Virus record (IMG/VR): IMGVR_UViG_3300038393_000974 | Span: 1 to 24,752 of that record | Strand: one strand, 5' to 3' | Origin: a virus | Taxonomy: Duplodnaviria > Caudoviricetes | DNA: 24,752 nucleotides | In this document: positions 9,068-16,506 of the stretch, piece after piece | How the letters are laid out: the number at the start of each line of letters is the position of its first letter | How positions within the stretch are numbered: position 1 is the first letter of the stretch | The notes under the pieces: generated by a model | Told to the model about the DNA's origin: nothing | The model's database searches: none | The model's input: only the letters and a program-made list of their open reading frames with translations | Program-made: the position numbers and the translations under genes

Positions 9068-9862
9068 CTATAAGAACGTCGTGGGAGGAGCGTGTGCTCC
9101 TCCCTTTTGCGCTTTAGTTCCCTCACTCGCACCATACGTCTCGACTTTCGTGGAAGCGTTGATGGTAACATCCGCTCCTTGAGATTCAACTTTCACCGAC
9201 TGCTGAGCAGACTCCGTGATTGAACCCTGTGCGGAATCTGAGATGTTACCCTGTGCAGTTGCTTTAATATCACCTTTAGCGACTTTGACGATATCGGCTC
9301 CAGTTTCCAAGTGAATGTCTCCGTCTTTTGACGTGATCTGAACGGCGCCTCCCTCACCGTGGATGAGCACCCGTCCTCCTTTAGCCTTCATCTCAATATC
9401 CCGTTCGGCAGCGAGAACGATGCTTCCTGAACCGGTTGATAGTGATAAGTCGCCGGCTGCTGATACTTTTAAGTGTCCAGTCGAGTGAAGGTCGCACTGA
9501 CCATTCATCACGATAGAAGCGTTCTTAGCGACCTCGATGTGAGTATCGTGCGAGACAGAGAGGCGAGCCTGGCCCATTCCCTTTGTATCTGAGTTGTGAT
9601 CGTATGTGATGGTCACTCCACCCTTCTGATACGAGATCGAGTTGTTGGACGTAAACTGAACGTTCGTACCGTCACTCCTGAACTCAGAGTAGCTTCCAGA
9701 GGAGTGATAGATGCGCATGTTCTCCTCACCTTTTTTAGTATTCAGGTGGATGATCGTTCCATCGGGCCACTCGATCACCTTGAGGAGACCAAACTCCTCA
9801 GTGGGTACCATCTTCTTAGCGGTAAGCTCGCCCTCGGGAAACCGCTTATTGACGTCCGCCAT
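9068..9862 (-). CDS. gp5: Stand-alone gp5 C-terminal domain (baseplate needle beta-helix)
   Basis: NTKKGEENMRIYHSSGSYSEFRSDG resembles the gp5 DDTPG.ER...H..G...E...G motif; 8-aa repeats (AKGDIKAT AQGNISDS AQGSITES); upstream of gp25. No OB-fold or lysozyme part. Confidence 0.78.
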   Translation of the reverse strand: MADVNKRFPEGELTAKKMVPTEEFGLLKVIEWPDGTIIHLNTKKGEENMRIYHSSGSYSEFRSDGTNVQFTSNNSISYQKGGVTITYDHNSDTKGMGQARLSVSHDTHIEVAKNASIVMNGQCDLHSTGHLKVSAAGDLSLSTGSGSIVLAAERDIEMKAKGGRVLIHGEGGAVQITSKDGDIHLETGADIVKVAKGDIKATAQGNISDSAQGSITESAQQSVKVESQGADVTINASTKVETYGASEGTKAQKGGAHAPPTTFL

Positions 9863-10004
9863 CTTTCTCTTCCTCGTCGTTTCCCGCAGTTGACTCTAGA
9901 TACTTTTTACGATCTTCAGCGCACTTCTGCTTGATGTGTTCTGGGCAGTTGTATATAGTACACATCCAGATCGATGAGATCAGTGAATCGCACACTGGAC
10001 ACAT
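9846..10004 (-). CDS. Small Cys-rich (putative zinc-binding) protein, 52 aa
   Basis: Hand-translated MCPVCDSLISSIWMCTIYNCPEHIKQKCAEDRKKYLESTAGNDEEEKDGGRQ; fills the gap between neighbours. Confidence 0.55.
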   Translation of the reverse strand: MCPVCDSLISSIWMCTIYNCPEHIKQKCAEDRKKYLESTAGNDEEEKDGGRQ

Positions 10005-10008
10005 CTGA

Positions 10009-10380
10009 TTATCTCTCATACATCGTCCTGTAGTACTCGTTATTCCAGCTGCTGTCGGCGAGCTTCTTTTCCAACTCAGCTATCCTATCCGCTTGTTTCT
10101 TACCGAACGCCACGGCGTAGTCTGAGTACTCTTGAATCGCTTCTTTGAGTTCTTGATGCTTCTCTTCAAGCGCATAGTCATATGCAACGTGCTTCTGAAG
10201 CGCTATCACTTCTTTGCTAAGCTGAGAAACACGCTCAGTGGCTTCTTTGAGTAGCTCGGTGAGTTCTTTGATCTGTTTGTCTTTAGTAGCGGCTTCTATC
10301 TCCGCTTGGTCGATTGCATTCATAGCATCGTTTAAGAATATAGATGCGATGTTTAAGTTATCACTCAAGTTCATCTCCAA
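10009..10380 (-). CDS. Coiled-coil hypothetical protein (start uncertain)
   Basis: 123-aa ORF with heptad-like E/K/L pattern; downstream of a TAAATA motif. Confidence 0.7.
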   Translation of the reverse strand: MEMNLSDNLNIASIFLNDAMNAIDQAEIEAATKDKQIKELTELLKEATERVSQLSKEVIALQKHVAYDYALEEKHQELKEAIQEYSDYAVAFGKKQADRIAELEKKLADSSWNNEYYRTMYER

Positions 10381-10400
10381 TAATTTCTGTGATTTCAGAC

Positions 10401-10407
10401 TATTTAG
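10401..10407 (-). promoter_or_regulatory. Putative late promoter CTAAATA
   Basis: Same CTAAATA as before gp25; intergenic, heading the minus-strand block containing gp5C. Confidence 0.55.
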
Positions 10408-10483
10408 TCGACTTTTTACGGGTATACATATCCATATAATGGTTTAGAATTTCAGAGTTCGTTGATATGAAGAGGAACAAGAT

Positions 10484-10645
10484 ATGGCGAAAGTTATCGA
10501 GTTTCCTAAATTAAATGATCGACGTAAAGACGAGAATTTTGAGACAGTGATCTGGGCTGTTAAAGTCAATAAAGGCACGCCGTTTGAGGGGTGGGTAATA
10601 GCGTACCCAACGGATCCAGGTGCCGTAAAATTCGTCAGAGAATAA
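10484..10645 (+). CDS. Hypothetical protein, 53 aa
   Basis: Hand-translated MAKVIEFPKLNDRRKDENFETVIWAVKVNKGTPFEGWVIAYPTDPGAVKFVRE; GAGGA SD. Confidence 0.65.
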   Translation: MAKVIEFPKLNDRRKDENFETVIWAVKVNKGTPFEGWVIAYPTDPGAVKFVRE

Positions 10646-10650
10646 ACAAA

Positions 10651-10706
10651 TTTACTTACGGCGTTGAATAGACTATATTGGTCACATCAAAATGAAAGGT
10701 GTGACC
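10651..10706 (+). promoter_or_regulatory. Early promoter plus hairpin overlapping the SD
   Basis: TTTACT-17-TATATT then GGTCACATC...GGTGTGACC stem ending directly at ATG 10707. Confidence 0.6.
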
Positions 10707-10904
10707 ATGAGCGTCGAACTCAATGAACGCGTTCTTGAAGATGATTATCCGATCTTCGGTGATTACCTCTACGTCGTAGACAACGATGTGTATCGCTCCG
10801 ACTGGCATGGGATCACCGTTGCTGAGTTGAAGAAGAAGCTCAACGCGACTACGATCATGAATTGCGACATCTTCGGTCGCAGGAAGATGATGGGACTCGA
10901 ATGA
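10707..10904 (+). CDS. Hypothetical protein
   Basis: AAAGGT SD before ATG 10707; ATGA overlap with the next gene. Confidence 0.7.
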   Translation: MSVELNERVLEDDYPIFGDYLYVVDNDVYRSDWHGITVAELKKKLNATTIMNCDIFGRRKMMGLE

Positions 10905-11365
10905 GCGGGCGGGTAGTATTCCTCGACATCGATGGGCCGGTCATTCCATTTAGTATGTTTCTGATCAATCCGATGGCATCGGCTGATCGAATCCTAGCAC
11001 CCATTCCTCTCGCGGTTCTGAGAGTTCTATGTGAGAAATCCGGTGCTCTGGTCGTCTTCAACTCCACGCACAATCAATCGTGGGATGATATTCCAGACAT
11101 CGATGAGCAGATGATCGCTTATGGTTTTTCCGCGGACTTCATTCACTCGGATATGAAGACGAAGTATCCAACTCTGAGTAGGGAAGACGCGGTTCTTGAA
11201 TGGCTGTCGCGCCATCCCAACATCGATGATTGGATCGCATTCGACGACGCGCGATTCACAGACGCCGAGAACTTGATCTGGGTTGATCCAGACGCAGGAC
11301 TTCATCTCGGTCACTTAAACAAAGCTCTAGATCGCTGGAGCTGTTCTCAATTCTTGGTGCTGTAA
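10901..11365 (+). CDS. HAD-superfamily phosphatase (HAD_SAK_2-like)
   Basis: VVFLDIDG (motif I), VFNST (II), WIAFDD (IV), VDP..GL; start by ATGA coupling. Confidence 0.85.
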   Translation: MSGRVVFLDIDGPVIPFSMFLINPMASADRILAPIPLAVLRVLCEKSGALVVFNSTHNQSWDDIPDIDEQMIAYGFSADFIHSDMKTKYPTLSREDAVLEWLSRHPNIDDWIAFDDARFTDAENLIWVDPDAGLHLGHLNKALDRWSCSQFLVL

Positions 11366-11637
11366 TGTCAAATGATCAGATGAATGTAGCCGTTAACATA
11401 ATCGAAAATCACAGCAGGCGTCTCTTCGATTTATCCGAATCGTTTCTGGATACGGGAAACGAGAGGATGTCGGGAAGACTCAAGTCCGTTTCAGACGATC
11501 TTCAATACTGCGCCGATGAAATTCGCGATGCGTTCCATAAGATCATATGCGAATACCACGATGCTTCGGTTCAGAATTCCTTCAACGTTCTGCAAGCCGC
11601 TCTTGCCGGCATTGATTTAGGTAGCAAACCTAAATAA
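11365..11637 (+). CDS. Hypothetical protein
   Basis: TAATG coupling to the HAD gene; helical 90-aa ORF. Confidence 0.7.
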   Translation: MSNDQMNVAVNIIENHSRRLFDLSESFLDTGNERMSGRLKSVSDDLQYCADEIRDAFHKIICEYHDASVQNSFNVLQAALAGIDLGSKPK

Positions 11638-11646
11638 AAGAAATTC

Positions 11647-11865
11647 ATGAATAATCCACTTAAACCGTGTCCCTTCTGCGGTGCCGATTTTTTAATGGGA
11701 CAAGAACCGCTTGACAATTGGCCGGTTGAGGGAATGTATTACGTATTCCACGACTATGGTCCACTCGACTCAGCTGCGCGAAAGTGTCCGATAGTCGTTC
11801 AGCGTCATTTTGATACGAAAGATGAAGCTATCGCGGCGTGGAATACGCGTGTAAATGAAGTGTAA
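11647..11865 (+). CDS. Lar-family (restriction alleviation-like) zinc-ribbon protein
   Basis: LKPCPFCG...EAIAAWNTR signature. Confidence 0.8.
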   Translation: MNNPLKPCPFCGADFLMGQEPLDNWPVEGMYYVFHDYGPLDSAARKCPIVVQRHFDTKDEAIAAWNTRVNEV

Positions 11866-12055
11866 GTACTGCGCCGAAAACATTCCACTCACGAAACTCA
11901 AACATCAGTATATTCATCGAGTGGGATGGAGTAATATAGTCTGTACTGAAGCTGGGTTCGGTACCGCTGAGCCGGGTGCGTGGTCTGAGTGTAGGCCATA
12001 TGAATGGATTCCCAGACGTATCCGAAGAAATCAACGAAAGAAAGACGAATCATGA
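11855..12055 (+). CDS. Hypothetical protein with CxxC
   Basis: MKCKYC...H...C; tightly packed with neighbours. Confidence 0.6.
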   Translation: MKCKYCAENIPLTKLKHQYIHRVGWSNIVCTEAGFGTAEPGAWSECRPYEWIPRRIRRNQRKKDES

Positions 12056-12336
12056 TCATCGTTTTGTACTTTGCAATTGGTCTTATTCCATACACACTGT
12101 CGTATTTATTTTTGGAAAATAAATGTGAGATCGACGATGAAATGTTCTGCATCGATGTCACGCCCGGACGCATTTTGTCTTATCTTTTCTTTTGGCTGAT
12201 GTGGCCTGCTGTAATGGCTCTTGCTTTAGTGGCTTTTATACATTTTGTAATTTATGAGTACGCTCTTTTTAGAAAGCGCCTCTTCAACACATGCGATATA
12301 GTTAATCTCTTTAGAAAGAAAGGAAAACATGAGTAA
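12052..12336 (+). CDS. Membrane protein
   Basis: ATGA coupling; two hydrophobic segments with WLMWP motif. Confidence 0.65.
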   Translation: MIIVLYFAIGLIPYTLSYLFLENKCEIDDEMFCIDVTPGRILSYLFFWLMWPAVMALALVAFIHFVIYEYALFRKRLFNTCDIVNLFRKKGKHE

Positions 12337-13036
12337 ACGTGAGAAGCCGACTATTACAAAAGCTAAGTCGTTCGGGGACGAGACTGAAGTTCAGTCTCAC
12401 CCAGCGTATGGTCAGATCAGTGCAGCGCGCGTGCACGGTAGTGTTGATCTCTATGGTTCGAACATCCGACACAATGGATTCGTTGAAGTCCGTGTGATGG
12501 GTTCGCGCGAGGAGATCCTTCACGGATCGAGGCGTCACTACAACACAGTCGAGGAGATGTCCCTCTGGCTCTCAGAAGCCGCGTGGGCCACGTTCATCTC
12601 CAGCTTGAACACCGGCTCGGGTGTTCCCTGCACGATCCGTTCCAAGCACTCCGGTCCTCTCGTTCAGCTTCCTGAGATCGAGGGTGAAACTTACGCTCAG
12701 AAGCGTGAGAAGGAGATCGCTCTGGCTGTCACGCGCCGAGCAGAGCAGCTTAAGGAAGCCGTTGCTTTCTTCGATGATCTGATGGCTAACGGCACACCGA
12801 AGAGAGCCGATCTGAAGAAGTTCCGTGATATGCTCATTCAGCCGGTGGACAACCTTGCGTCGAACATCGTCTTTGAGTCGCGTGTTCTGAACGAGCACTC
12901 AGAGGATCTGGTTCACGAAGCTCGATCTGAGATCGAAGCGTACGTCACTCGGGTAGCCATGCAGTTTCCCGGATTGAACGACACCGCTCCGAAGATTCAA
13001 CAGATCGAAAAGACCGATGTCATCGATTCCGACTGA
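12329..13036 (+). CDS. Phage hypothetical protein (235 aa)
   Basis: AAGGA SD; HPAYGQI..R..G...LYGS and LSEAAWATFISS.N.G.GVPCTI motifs, recalled as a widespread phage family of unknown function. Confidence 0.8.
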   Translation: MSKREKPTITKAKSFGDETEVQSHPAYGQISAARVHGSVDLYGSNIRHNGFVEVRVMGSREEILHGSRRHYNTVEEMSLWLSEAAWATFISSLNTGSGVPCTIRSKHSGPLVQLPEIEGETYAQKREKEIALAVTRRAEQLKEAVAFFDDLMANGTPKRADLKKFRDMLIQPVDNLASNIVFESRVLNEHSEDLVHEARSEIEAYVTRVAMQFPGLNDTAPKIQQIEKTDVIDSD

Positions 13037-13208
13037 GATCAAAAAGAAGGATAATCAATTGCTCGCGCTTATTCTAATTGCATTGAAGTTAGCTTTCGTC
13101 TTTGTCCTAAGCTTCTTCTTTGTCATCGCACTGTTCGGTGCCATCATCGTGCTGATCATTACGACGATATCACTTTTCAATAAGACTGATAAGAAATACA
13201 AATCGTGA
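13017..13208 (+). CDS. Small membrane protein
   Basis: Long hydrophobic stretch flanked by Lys residues. Confidence 0.55.
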   Translation: MSSIPTEIKKKDNQLLALILIALKLAFVFVLSFFFVIALFGAIIVLIITTISLFNKTDKKYKS

Positions 13209-13294
13209 TCCTTTCTAGGATCTGAATGGGAAATCCATCAGGTGAGTTCCCATTCATCCTGGAGTGATCCTGATGCCAAGGAGAATGGTTTAAA

Positions 13295-13519
13295 ATGAGT
13301 GTTGTCTTAGCTGGTTTGGCCTGGATCTGGGTAGTCTTGGGTATGATGATGTGGATCGACATCACATTCATCTATGGAGTCAGTCCCAGCACATGGACCC
13401 AGAAAGAAACAAGAGGATGTGAAGGATGGGCATCGGCGATCTTTTTCTACCTGCCGGTGTGCCTGTGTTTCGGTGTGTTCTTCTGGATTATCCTGGGCTG
13501 GCACACTTTTCGTCGATAG
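13295..13519 (+). CDS. Small two-TM membrane protein
   Basis: AAGGAG SD; two hydrophobic segments. Confidence 0.6.
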   Translation: MSVVLAGLAWIWVVLGMMMWIDITFIYGVSPSTWTQKETRGCEGWASAIFFYLPVCLCFGVFFWIILGWHTFRR

Positions 13520-13540
13520 AAGATCGCTGGATGAACGACA

Positions 13541-13570
13541 AAAGCCGGAAGGAAAACCCCTTCCGGCTTT
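13541..13570. terminator. Bidirectional intrinsic terminator
   Basis: AAAGCCGGAAGG-aaaacc-CCTTCCGGCTTT between the convergent + and - gene blocks. Confidence 0.85.
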
Positions 13571-13593
13571 CTTATATTCACCTGTAGGAGGAT

Positions 13594-14022
13594 CTAGTGA
13601 CCCAGATCACTCAGCTCTTGAGCCAATTTCCTCATATCCGATTTGAAGCTATTGGGATCTACTTCGTACGGTGTTATGAATGTGTCGATCTGATCAACAG
13701 CTCCACAAGAGAACTCTTCATTCATATTCCATAGACCGTCGTGGACGCATCCCTGCCTAAAGCTGTTCAGAGCATAGAGCTTGTTCCGCGTCTTGACGTC
13801 GAAGTAGCCTGGCATCAGACACCGATCTACGTCACCTGGGTGAAGGCGTTGAGCCATCACCGCGCCGGCCAGGCACACGGAGCATATCAGACCATCGCCG
13901 TCCAAGCGATCGTGGTAGACGTCCATGTCGATCTTGTATCGGTAGTCCTTCTCGGTCTTTTCCAGATCTTCGAGAGCGAGAAGAATGAGCTCGGATGGTT
14001 TATCGGGAAGTGCGTTCGTCAC
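13594..14022 (-). CDS. Hypothetical protein, CxVCLAGAV family (paralogue of 16507-16965)
   Basis: AAGGAG SD, ATGA coupling; shared motifs with the paralogue. Confidence 0.8.
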   Translation of the reverse strand: MTNALPDKPSELILLALEDLEKTEKDYRYKIDMDVYHDRLDGDGLICSVCLAGAVMAQRLHPGDVDRCLMPGYFDVKTRNKLYALNSFRQGCVHDGLWNMNEEFSCGAVDQIDTFITPYEVDPNSFKSDMRKLAQELSDLGH

Positions 14023-14420
14023 TGTTGTTCTCCTTGTGAGGGTTGGACTCCAGGGAAAGCCTCGGCTATCACGCTGGAATCGAGGTTAAATTCACTTGAG
14101 ATGATGTAGAGAGCATCGACTAAACTGTCGTCTCCTCCAGCCCAGCTCACGTCGTGCGCGTTCTGAAGTCGACGAATGAGCTTCCAGTTCTCCTTGAACC
14201 AGGGAAGCGCCTCGACTAAGTAAGGATGCTTACTGAAGAGCATATCGCCGACAATGAATCCCTCTATATCTGAATGATAGAGTTCATCTGGAATCAGGCA
14301 CCCGGCTGCGCAACTCAGTCCATCAGACGTTCGGTAGGCGCATTCAAATTCATTCAGAGACTGAACTCCCTGCTTGCCCAAGTGACGAACGACTGTGTTG
14401 AATATCTCCTGCTCATTCAT
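14019..14420 (-). CDS. Phage hypothetical protein (CxYR...CAAGCLIPD...LQxxHD type)
   Basis: 133-aa ORF, AGGGG SD; Cys/His motif pattern recalled from phage proteins of unknown function. Confidence 0.78.
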   Translation of the reverse strand: MNEQEIFNTVVRHLGKQGVQSLNEFECAYRTSDGLSCAAGCLIPDELYHSDIEGFIVGDMLFSKHPYLVEALPWFKENWKLIRRLQNAHDVSWAGGDDSLVDALYIISSEFNLDSSVIAEAFPGVQPSQGEQQ

Positions 14421-14441
14421 CGAGTTGCCCCTGATATAAAA

Positions 14442-14484
14442 TGTACCATGGTTCTGGAATACTACATCCCGGAACCATGGTACA
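14442..14484 (-). terminator. Long hairpin, probable terminator
   Basis: TGTACCATGGTTC (14442-14454) / GAACCATGGTACA (14472-14484), followed by TTTTAT on the minus strand. Confidence 0.6.
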
Positions 14485-14492
14485 CCGATGTT

Positions 14493-14735
14493 TTACCTAA
14501 GAAGAGGAACTACCAGAGATCGAAGGAACTCATCGGATTCCTCGGGAGGTTGGCACTTCCTCAAGAAACCCATGGCATCTTGTCGGGTGTCAAAGGCGAC
14601 CATGATGCAGGGATTTCCGCCGGCCGGACCATGGGAAGTGAAGTCGATGATCCTTCCGCGATGAATCTCGATCAGTTCCAGGGCTTCCTGAACCGGTGTG
14701 TTGGAAGCAAAGTCTTGAGATACGTAGCACTTCAT
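14493..14735 (-). CDS. Hypothetical protein (GPAGGNP motif)
   Basis: GGAGG SD before ATG 14735; own promoter upstream. Confidence 0.72.
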   Translation of the reverse strand: MKCYVSQDFASNTPVQEALELIEIHRGRIIDFTSHGPAGGNPCIMVAFDTRQDAMGFLRKCQPPEESDEFLRSLVVPLLR

Positions 14736-14745
14736 AGTAAAAAGC

Positions 14746-14799
14746 CCTCCGGGAACCATTTCCCGGAGGCCAGTATAATCACCATCACGAAGATGTCAA
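14746..14799 (-). promoter_or_regulatory. Early promoter plus stem-loop cassette (PeSL-like)
   Basis: TTGACA-16-TATACT, then perfect 10-bp stem CCTCCGGGAA/TTCCCGGAGG containing the SD and followed by GCTTTTT. Confidence 0.8.
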
Positions 14800-14805
14800 T
14801 AGTCT

Positions 14806-14967
14806 TTACATCTGCATCAGGAGCGATTCTGGAACTCTCTCGAACTGTCGACCGGCCCGCCTCGCTTCCTGCTCAGCGTCCCACTGCCGGTGGAGCATCC
14901 CTAGTCGATATCCGATGGTGCCCTCGACGAACAGCTTCACGTACAGTTTCTTGATAGACGACAGCAT
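14806..14967 (-). CDS. Hypothetical protein, 53 aa
   Basis: MLSSIKKLYVKLFVEG...; TGATG coupling and GAGGGGAG SD (only the 3' part of the 216-aa track ORF). Confidence 0.6.
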   Translation of the reverse strand: MLSSIKKLYVKLFVEGTIGYRLGMLHRQWDAEQEARRAGRQFERVPESLLMQM

Positions 14968-15284
14968 CAGTCTCCCCTCTCGTTTAGAATCACGTGCCCG
15001 TCGTGGTGCCTGACCGACACCATCTTGTTCAGGGGATCTTTGGGATTCCACTCCCTGCCGAACACCGGACCGAACCACTTGTTGATCCACCCGATCCTCT
15101 TGATCATCTTCTCCATGTCCCGGTAGTCGCGCTCCGTGAGCATATCGGAACCGCACTTCGGACAGGGATAACCGATCAAGTGCTTGCCCCAGTCCTGTGC
15201 TTCGGGAAGAACGTACTTGCACTCGGGGTTGTCGCAGTGCAGGCGCCCGCAGTCGGACGTGTCTATGTGAATGAGTTCCTTCAT
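14967..15284 (-). CDS. Zinc-ribbon hypothetical protein
   Basis: CDNPEC...CPKCG; AGGAGG SD. Confidence 0.78.
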   Translation of the reverse strand: MKELIHIDTSDCGRLHCDNPECKYVLPEAQDWGKHLIGYPCPKCGSDMLTERDYRDMEKMIKRIGWINKWFGPVFGREWNPKDPLNKMVSVRHHDGHVILNERGD

Positions 15285-15293
15285 CGTCTCCTC

Positions 15294-15527
15294 CTATGCG
15301 ATCTGAGCGAGTGTGATTGGTGCCCGGGAACGGTACCTGGGAAACCGCTTCTTCACGGGAGGAGTCTTCTCCAGCAGAGTCAGCCTGTCGAGCTGGGGAC
15401 GAGTCAGCGTCCCCTTCCGTGCCCAGAGCTCGCACCTCTGGCAGAACTCGCTCCATCCATCCCGATCGAGAAGAGCTTGTGCGAGCTCGCGGCCCCTCTT
15501 CAACTCACTTCTGCTAAGACTACTCAT
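15294..15527 (-). CDS. Basic hypothetical protein
   Basis: GGAG SD before ATG 15527. Confidence 0.6.
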   Translation of the reverse strand: MSSLSRSELKRGRELAQALLDRDGWSEFCQRCELWARKGTLTRPQLDRLTLLEKTPPVKKRFPRYRSRAPITLAQIA

Positions 15528-15723
15528 GATGATTCTCCAGCTCCACATACTCGTCCATGATGTACTCCTCGGCGCTCCGATCGTCGATTAAGTGGAAGAG
15601 CGCGGGATCGGTAATGTTGTAGGCGCTGCAGAACGCCTGACCCAAGCGTTGGTTCTTCCAAGAGTGACCGGAGTAGTACTTAGCTCGGAAGACGAGCCAC
15701 TCACGCCATCCGATCTTAGTCAT
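15520..15723 (-). CDS. Hypothetical protein (QRLGQAF motif)
   Basis: AAGGTG SD; overlapping neighbours by 8 nt. Confidence 0.7.
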   Translation of the reverse strand: MTKIGWREWLVFRAKYYSGHSWKNQRLGQAFCSAYNITDPALFHLIDDRSAEEYIMDEYVELENHHE

Positions 15724-15979
15724 CTGCGATCACCTTAAGCGTTAGTGTACCGTCCACCTGAGTGTAGACAACGTACAAGATCTTTCCATCCCACATCGAC
15801 TTCGTCTGGACCAGGGGCTTTCCGTTTCCCATGTCCGTCTCGAACTGAAGCGGCCAGGTGCCCTTTCCGATCTTTAAGACTGAGGCGTGGGTTCTCCAGT
15901 GACCGATCTCGGGACCGTCCTCAAAGATCCGTCCCTTCATCTTCTGGATGTCGTCCGCCAGAAACAGATACCGATGCAT
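15716..15979 (-). CDS. Hypothetical protein
   Basis: 87-aa ORF downstream of an intergenic TTGACA. Confidence 0.65.
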   Translation of the reverse strand: MHRYLFLADDIQKMKGRIFEDGPEIGHWRTHASVLKIGKGTWPLQFETDMGNGKPLVQTKSMWDGKILYVVYTQVDGTLTLKVIADD

Positions 15980-16016
15980 GTGATTTCCCCAGACTCTAAG
16001 TTCCCACCACGTGCAA

Positions 16017-16045
16017 CGAGTAAATCACTTTCCGGCGAGTGTCAA
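16017..16045 (-). promoter_or_regulatory. Putative early promoter
   Basis: TTGACA at 16045-16040, spacer ending GTGATT like the other cassettes; -10 degenerate. Confidence 0.45.
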
Positions 16046-16055
16046 TAGCCCGCCC

Positions 16056-16271
16056 TCAGCTTTTTTCGATCCGAATCACGTCTACCTGAAGCGGCCGGTC
16101 CTCCCAGGACAGGGAGACGCGCTTCTTCAGGGACATCTGAGCTCCGGTTCGACTCTCGCTCGCGATGTATGAGTCCTTGTCCCAGACGGTCAGTCCGGTC
16201 GTCGGAAGCTTGTAGATCGCGTAGATCTCACGCAGGGTAGCGGGTTTTCCCATGATCGCTATCAGCCACAT
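16056..16271 (-). CDS. Hypothetical protein, 71 aa
   Basis: AAGGGAG SD before ATG 16271 (3' part of the 156-aa track ORF). Confidence 0.6.
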   Translation of the reverse strand: MWLIAIMGKPATLREIYAIYKLPTTGLTVWDKDSYIASESRTGAQMSLKKRVSLSWEDRPLQVDVIRIEKS

Positions 16272-16495
16272 CGGACGTCTCCCTTCTTGAATCCCTCTGA
16301 GTCGCGCTCGGACTTCATCTTCTCGATGTAATCTCGAGCTTCCTCGATCGACTCGACGATGACGGCTTGTCCATCGTCGGCCACGCGTATCCAGCCCTTC
16401 CTCCCAGCCACGCTGACCGAGACGCCGAAGAGCTCCTCGTTCGTCTTCGTGTTGAGCCACCTGTCGACTCTGTATCCAGTGATCTGAACGCCCAT
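16262..16495 (-). CDS. Hypothetical protein
   Basis: AAGGAG SD; packed between neighbours. Confidence 0.7.
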   Translation of the reverse strand: MGVQITGYRVDRWLNTKTNEELFGVSVSVAGRKGWIRVADDGQAVIVESIEEARDYIEKMKSERDSEGFKKGDVRCG

Positions 16496-16506
16496 CTCCG
16501 ACTCCT

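Noticed and set aside
14968-15456. 5' part of the 216-aa minus ORF, and plus-strand ORFs 14274-14954 and 14994-15560
   Set aside because: Overlap better-supported genes with SDs; composition typical of shadow frames.
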